A stretch of DNA of 53,725 bases from the IMG/VR virus record IMGVR_UViG_3300037845_000029, positions 1 through 53,725 of that record. One strand, given 5' to 3'. Shown here in pieces: positions 48,980 through 53,725 of this stretch; position 1 is the first letter of the stretch, and each line of letters begins with the position of its first letter. The position numbers and the translations under genes were made by a program. A model generated the notes under the pieces. The model saw nothing but the letters and a program-made list of their open reading frames with translations, was not told the DNA's origin and ran no database searches. Source of the DNA: a virus (taxonomy: Duplodnaviria; Caudoviricetes).

Positions 48980-49432
48980 ATGAACAAGACGCGAGGAGTC
49001 AAAAGAACCGTTCGCCACGAGCGCATTGTCAACAACGAGCCGAAGCTATTCGCCTTGTTCGACGTGGGATCTGTCTCGCATCAAGGCGACCTGATTATCG
49101 TGGCGATTCCGTCGCTGCCGAAGTCGTCGAAGCCGCGCAAGAACCGGCAACTGGCGGAAGGCGAGTCGCAGGGGTCGCGGCACATTCTGGAGCGTGGCGA
49201 AGTCTTCGACGCCGATCCAGAAGAGACGGCAGCGCTGATCGCCAAAGCGACCGGCTGCCTCGTCGAAGCGAAGTACATCGGCCCCGTGTTTCGCTCGCCG
49301 AGCAATCCGACCGCGCATGACTTGAGCCATCCGGAACACGGGGCGCAAGGTTTTCCGTCCGGGTCGCTCTGTGCCATCGTGTACCAGCGGAACTTGGACC
49401 AGGATTTGCGCGAGCAACGAGTTGTTGACTGA
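48980..49432 (+). CDS. Conserved phage protein (usual DUF6745 partner)
   Basis: HQGDL...LAEGE..G.RH...L.HPEH...QR...RVVD; AGGAG RBS. Confidence 0.65.
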   Translation: MNKTRGVKRTVRHERIVNNEPKLFALFDVGSVSHQGDLIIVAIPSLPKSSKPRKNRQLAEGESQGSRHILERGEVFDADPEETAALIAKATGCLVEAKYIGPVFRSPSNPTAHDLSHPEHGAQGFPSGSLCAIVYQRNLDQDLREQRVVD

Positions 49433-49445
49433 GCGAGGCGACAGC

Positions 49446-50042
49446 ATGACCCCGACGCAAATCACCGACCTTCCATATCGCTTGAGGGAGCTATCGAAGC
49501 TCCGCGCTTTGGTGGCCGACATCGCCCGCGACCGCAACCTGTCTCCCGACGAGAAAACCGGCGCGTGGATGTGCGACAGCGAGTTGTTCCACCGCATGAC
49601 GGCCTTGAGTTCATCGGCCGACTGCGGGGGCGTGCAGACCTGCCTGTCGTTGCGCGAGGCCGGGCAAATTGAATGCGGGTTGTTCGCCGTCGCGTTGGCC
49701 GAGTTGCGCCGAGCCGAGTGCTTGAACGACGGCAAGCGCAGCGGAATCCGCGAAGTGCTGATTGCAGTCGAGTCGCGGATGCTGATGATGGCTGAAGGTC
49801 CGAAGCTGCTTATCGCGGCGATGACCGACCAGGCCGACGCACGCGAGAACATGCAACGGCTGGCGGAACGCATGGCGAACCAGGAGACGGCCACCGAGGG
49901 CCGGCGGGCTGATGATGGAGCGATAGCCGCGCACGGCCAAGATGGACGATGCGCGGCATTGGTTCGCTGGACGGCTGTGGTTTTTCTGCTGACCGCGCTG
50001 AGCGGCGCGGCCGTGTTGGTCGAATGGTTTGCCGGGAGGTAG
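49446..50042 (+). CDS. Hypothetical protein with C-terminal TM helix
   Basis: WTAVVFLLTALSGAAVLVEWF. Confidence 0.55.
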   Translation: MTPTQITDLPYRLRELSKLRALVADIARDRNLSPDEKTGAWMCDSELFHRMTALSSSADCGGVQTCLSLREAGQIECGLFAVALAELRRAECLNDGKRSGIREVLIAVESRMLMMAEGPKLLIAAMTDQADARENMQRLAERMANQETATEGRRADDGAIAAHGQDGRCAALVRWTAVVFLLTALSGAAVLVEWFAGR

Positions 50043-50044
50043 CG

Positions 50045-50365
50045 ATGCCGACGAAGGTTTACGGATCGAGCGACGACCTGATCGAAGTCGAAGGCGGCAA
50101 GTGCGCAGGCGAAGTCGGATGCTACGGCACCGATGACCGCGAGCATGGCGTGCTTTTGCTGTTCAGCGACGGCACGCTGCTTGAGGTCAAGTACGGCAAG
50201 AACGACGATGCGATTTGGGAGGTCAAACTCGTCAAGAAGGGCAAGCAGTTCGACCGTATCGACCAATGCGACGACGCTGATGCCGACCCCTATAGCGACG
50301 TGGCGCACTTCAAAGCCGATTTGGATTGGTGCTACGCGGCCAAGGAATGGGAAAAAGTCGCATGA
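50045..50365 (+). CDS. Phage hypothetical protein
   Basis: KVYGSSDDLIEVEG...FSDGT motif; GGAGG RBS. Confidence 0.7.
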   Translation: MPTKVYGSSDDLIEVEGGKCAGEVGCYGTDDREHGVLLLFSDGTLLEVKYGKNDDAIWEVKLVKKGKQFDRIDQCDDADADPYSDVAHFKADLDWCYAAKEWEKVA

Positions 50366-50859
50366 CCCCCTCGACACCCGCGACCAACATGACTCCGCAC
50401 CTACGCTGGATGATCCGCAGAGATCTCGTCGAAGTTCTCGAAATTGAGCGGCAGGCGTTCGACCATCCGTGGAGCGAAGACGACTTCATGCGCGTGCTCC
50501 GTCAGAAGAACTGCATCGGCATGGTGGCGGAATTCGACGAGCAAGTGATCGGCTTCATGGTCTACGCGCTCGACAGGACCGACATCACGATCCTCGACTT
50601 CGCGGTTGAACCGGAGCACGTCCGCAAGGGAATCGGCCGCGCGATGGTCGACAAGCTGAAGGCCAAGCTCTATCCAGGCCGCAGACGACGGCTGAACTTG
50701 CTGATCCGCGAGACGAACATCGGCGCGCAACTGTTCTTTCGGGCAATGGGGTTCAAGGCCATCAAGGTCGTGCGCGACGCCTTCAAGGAACCTGCCGGCG
50801 AGGCGGCCTACCTGATGCAATACAGGCTGTCAGTCGAAGCGGGGAGACAGACAGCATGA
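50362..50859 (+). CDS. rimI: RimI-like GNAT acetyltransferase
   Basis: HLRWMIRRDL.EVLEIE...PWSEDDF...NCIGMVAE...AV.P...RKGIG...RETN..AQLFF...GF. Confidence 0.85.
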   Translation: MTPSTPATNMTPHLRWMIRRDLVEVLEIERQAFDHPWSEDDFMRVLRQKNCIGMVAEFDEQVIGFMVYALDRTDITILDFAVEPEHVRKGIGRAMVDKLKAKLYPGRRRRLNLLIRETNIGAQLFFRAMGFKAIKVVRDAFKEPAGEAAYLMQYRLSVEAGRQTA

Positions 50860-51320
50860 CCACAACTCGCCCACCTTTGACCGACCGCCAGCGCCAGGTG
50901 CTCGACCTGATCCGCGCCGGCAACGGCTATCCGCCGAGCGTCCGCGAAATCGCAAGGAAGATGGGCACGCGATCGGCGAATGGGATGATGGTTCATCTGC
51001 GCGCCCTGGAGCGCAAAGGCTACATCCTTCGCGAGCAGTTCGCGAGCCGCGCGATCATGCTGGTACGACCGGAGCGGTTTTTTCCCGACGTCGACGGCCA
51101 GCCGGCCGTCCCAATGCGGCAGTCGGAACTGGCGCCGATGATGGACCTCGACGGGGAGACGCATGGAGTTTACAAGATGATCGACGGGAAGTGCGGAATC
51201 CCGCACATTCGCGAGGGAGACATCCTACTCACAGAGCGCGGCTTCAATCATTTGCGCAGACCCATAAGTCTCGGCGCGATCAAGGCTCGTTCGCTGGCCG
51301 TCATCCGGGTGCTCCCATGA
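50856..51320 (+). CDS. LexA-like repressor (DNA-binding domain; degenerate C-terminus)
   Basis: LTDRQRQVLDLI...GYPPSVREIA...HLRALERKGYI...SRAI. Confidence 0.8.
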   Translation: MTTTRPPLTDRQRQVLDLIRAGNGYPPSVREIARKMGTRSANGMMVHLRALERKGYILREQFASRAIMLVRPERFFPDVDGQPAVPMRQSELAPMMDLDGETHGVYKMIDGKCGIPHIREGDILLTERGFNHLRRPISLGAIKARSLAVIRVLP

Positions 51321-51493
51321 GTTTCAGTTTCCTTTGGCGGCACGCCGGCTTGATCTCGCTTTGGACGGAACGCTGGTCACTGCACATCGGCGTCAAGTTT
51401 CAATTCTGGCAGTGGGAGCCGCATGACCGAGACCTGCTTTACACGACAACGGGTGTTGGACCGGCGCTGCTGCTGGCGTGGGAGAACGGATGA
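51317..51493 (+). CDS. Small hypothetical protein
   Basis: Coupled on both sides (ATGA at 51317; stop overlaps the effector ATG). Confidence 0.5.
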   Translation: MSFSFLWRHAGLISLWTERWSLHIGVKFQFWQWEPHDRDLLYTTTGVGPALLLAWENG

Positions 51494-53361
51494 TGGCAAA
51501 ATTTCACGACTCCGACCCGTCGATCAACTGGCTGGCCCACGCGAAAGCGCCGACGACCGGCAAAGAGCTGGTCGAGGCGCAGTTCTCGGCGGCTCATCGC
51601 TACTACAACACGCTTATCGAAATCGAGCGCTGCCGCCAGCAAAAGTACCTTGAGCTGCGACGCAAGCTATTCCCGGCGTTGGAAGCCGCCGAGGTCGAAT
51701 ACGCCAGGCTTGACGGCGAGTTGTCGGCGGTTCGAGACGAGATCAAACAGGCCAACGCCAAGACGCACAAACGCTCGACCGGCACGTCGGAGCAGCGCGC
51801 CGAGATCAAGAGGCTCAAGGGCGAGCGAACGGCGTGCGCGAAGGTCGCCAAGGAAGTCCGCGAGAGGGCCAAGGATTCGGCCGCGCTGGCGAACGGCGCC
51901 GAGGCCATCAACGACGAGGCCCGCGCCGCCGTGCGCGCGGCACGGGCTGCGACTGAAACATTCTGGTGCTCATATTTGCAGGTGGAAGCGGCCGTCCAAC
52001 AGGCGAGCAAGGATTCCAAGCCGCTCCCGCCGCGCTTCAAGCGCTGGACCGGCGACGGAACCGTGTCGGTGCAACTGCAAGGCGGCCTGTCATGGTCCGG
52101 GCTGCTTGCCGGCGACGACACGCGCGCCAGGCTCGTCGCGCGAGATTGGTCAAGCATCGAGGCGAACACGCGGGCGCCGAATGGGAAACACGACAAGCCG
52201 AGTCCCAGCGGCAGGCGCGCCAAGCGACGATTTGATCTTTGGCTTCGCGTCGGCAGCGACGGTCGCAAGCCGGTCTGGGCCGTTTTTCCGATCGTCCTCT
52301 ATCGTGAACCGATAGGCGCGGATGAGTTGCTGGTTAAGTGGATTCACGTCGACCGCATCAAGCGGGCCACCGCGTATGTCTGGCAGGCTCGTTTCGTATT
52401 GGCCAAGAAAAGCGGCTGGGCCAAGACCTGTTCGCCGTCCGGCACGGTCGGCGTCGACGTCGGCTGGCGATTGGTGCCCGATGGCCTGCGCGTCGCGTAC
52501 TGGGTAGGTAGCGATGGACGTGAAGGGCAACTTGTCTTACCGCAGGAGTTGCTCAACGCCAAGGACGACATGGAGGCCATCCAGACGATTCGCGACAAGA
52601 ATTTCAGCGCGATGAAGCTGCGCTTGGCGCGCTGGTTCAAGCGTGCGCAGGGCGAACTCGTAATGGAGGGCGAGCTGCGGCTGCCGACGGTGGCCGCCAA
52701 GTTGCCAGCGTGGATGACGGATTCGCCTGGACTGGACAGGGACGGAAAGCCAAAAGCGTCGATCGTCGCCGGTATGCCGCATTGGAAGAGCCCTGGCCGG
52801 GCGGAATCGCTCTATCGTCAATGGCGCGACAACCGTTTCACCGGAGACGACGATGGCTTTCGCATGTTGAGCGACTGGCGCAACGGCAGCGGACGGTCGC
52901 ACGAGCACGGGGACTTGCACCTTTGGCGCTTCCAAACGGGTAGGCGGATTCGGGCCTTGAAGCGGCGCAAGGACATCTACCGGAAGTTCGCGCGCGAGTT
53001 GGCCCAGAATTACGCCGTCTGCCGCGTGGAGAAACTGAATCTGGCGGAGATGCGGCGGCGACCGGAAGCCGAAGATGACAAGGCAAGTGGCGCAGTGGTC
53101 ATGTTCCGCAACCTGGCGGCCAATGGCGAGCTGCTGGAATGCCTGCGGCAAAGCGGGATGGCGGTCGAGGCATTGCCGGCGGAGAACACGACGCGCATGC
53201 ACTTGGCCTGCGGCCACATCAGCAGTTGGTCGGATGAAGAGCGCGCGGCGGTGATGGTGACGTGCCAATCGTGCGGTGAAAGCTACGACCAGGACGCTCA
53301 AAGCGCTGCTCTTTTGCTGGCCGGCGGTGTCGCGAGCGTCGAGGTGGTAGGCACTGTTTGA
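51490..53361 (+). CDS. cas12m: Compact type V CRISPR effector, Cas12m (V-M/V-U1)-like
   Basis: About 623 aa. N-terminal AHRYYNTLIEIER, long coiled coil, FWCSY and RFKRWTGDGTVSVQLQ as in Cas12m. RuvC-I GVDVGWR, RuvC-II VEKLNL, zinc finger HLAC...CQSC, RuvC-III YDQD. Array directly downstream. Confidence 0.85.
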   Translation: MMAKFHDSDPSINWLAHAKAPTTGKELVEAQFSAAHRYYNTLIEIERCRQQKYLELRRKLFPALEAAEVEYARLDGELSAVRDEIKQANAKTHKRSTGTSEQRAEIKRLKGERTACAKVAKEVRERAKDSAALANGAEAINDEARAAVRAARAATETFWCSYLQVEAAVQQASKDSKPLPPRFKRWTGDGTVSVQLQGGLSWSGLLAGDDTRARLVARDWSSIEANTRAPNGKHDKPSPSGRRAKRRFDLWLRVGSDGRKPVWAVFPIVLYREPIGADELLVKWIHVDRIKRATAYVWQARFVLAKKSGWAKTCSPSGTVGVDVGWRLVPDGLRVAYWVGSDGREGQLVLPQELLNAKDDMEAIQTIRDKNFSAMKLRLARWFKRAQGELVMEGELRLPTVAAKLPAWMTDSPGLDRDGKPKASIVAGMPHWKSPGRAESLYRQWRDNRFTGDDDGFRMLSDWRNGSGRSHEHGDLHLWRFQTGRRIRALKRRKDIYRKFARELAQNYAVCRVEKLNLAEMRRRPEAEDDKASGAVVMFRNLAANGELLECLRQSGMAVEALPAENTTRMHLACGHISSWSDEERAAVMVTCQSCGESYDQDAQSAALLLAGGVASVEVVGTV

Positions 53362-53452
53362 CCACGAGAAATAAGGAGTTACGTCACGAAAAAAAGCACC
53401 GCTCGCAAATTGCTACTTGGCGCTTTGGTACGAAAGGACTTATGGTAGGAGC
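53362..53452 (+). promoter_or_regulatory. CRISPR leader
   Basis: 91-bp AT-richer spacer between effector and first repeat, with two AAGGA(G/C)TTA(C/T)G IHF-like motifs. Confidence 0.6.
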
Positions 53453-53725
53453 GTTGCAGTGCCTGCGCGGAGGCTTTGTGTCTGCGACGTTGTGGGCATG
53501 GAGCATTTCGTCGATTGCGACGATTGTTGCAGTGCCTGCGCGGAGGCTTTGTGTCTGCGACGTTGTGGGCATGGAGCATTTCGTCGATTGCGACGATTGT
53601 TGCAGTGCCTGCGCGGAGGCTTTGTGTCTGCGACGTTGTGGGCATGGAGCATTTCGTCGATTGCGACGATTGTTGCAGTGCCTGCGCGGAGGCTTTGTGT
53701 CTGCGACGTTGTGGGCATGGAGCAT
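53453..53725 (+). CRISPR. CRISPR array: 4 x 36-nt repeat, identical 37-nt spacers (truncated by window end)
   Basis: Repeat GTTGCAGTGCCTGCGCGGAGGCTTTGTGTCTGCGAC at 53453, 53526, 53599 and 53672. Spacer GTTGTGGGCATGGAGCATTTCGTCGATTGCGACGATT occurs three times plus a partial fourth. Confidence 0.85.

Noticed and set aside
51490-53361. IS200/IS605 TnpB transposon interpretation
   Set aside because: No tnpA or IS ends are visible, the protein is much longer than typical TnpB, it has Cas12m-like N-terminal motifs, and it abuts a leader and array.
53379-53725. Minus-strand ORFs with repeating peptides
   Set aside because: They are translations of the 73-bp CRISPR periodicity, not genes.
1-53725. 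Integrase, terminase, capsid, lysis genes, reverse transcriptase/DGR, cas1-cas2
   Set aside because: No diagnostic motifs were recognised in this window. They may lie outside it, so lifestyle (prophage or free phage) is not determined.

Overview
This window is about 54 kb of a GC-rich, long-tailed (siphovirus-type) phage or prophage. The host is probably Planctomycetota, judged from the style of its RimI-like and CsrA-like proteins. From left to right it contains: (1) the end of the tail module (tail tube, -1 frameshifted G/GT chaperones, tape measure, tail-tip and Cys-rich proteins; 1-9182); (2) a short minus-strand block and a divergent non-coding junction with four 29-bp palindromes (9067-11050); (3) an early/accessory region whose genes share a CCCTAGCC-GGAG leader motif and include a DnaX-like ATPase, a split N6-methyltransferase gene and a tRNA-like RNA behind a sigma54-type promoter (11080-21000); (4) recombination and replication genes (YqaJ and RecT separated by an inverted MT-A70/HNH/PD-(D/E)xK cassette, an intein-containing methyltransferase-like gene, CsrA, an initiator, DnaB, a beta-clamp-like protein, RusA, a DNA methyltransferase, HNH-AP2); (5) RimI-like and LexA-like genes, then the standout feature. 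That feature is a compact, phage-encoded type V-M (Cas12m/V-U1-like) effector with an apparently intact D-E-D RuvC triad and no cas1/cas2 in the window, followed by a leader and a CRISPR array of 36-nt repeats in which every visible spacer is the same 37-mer (cut off by the window end). All calls come from motif recognition by eye; no database searches were run.
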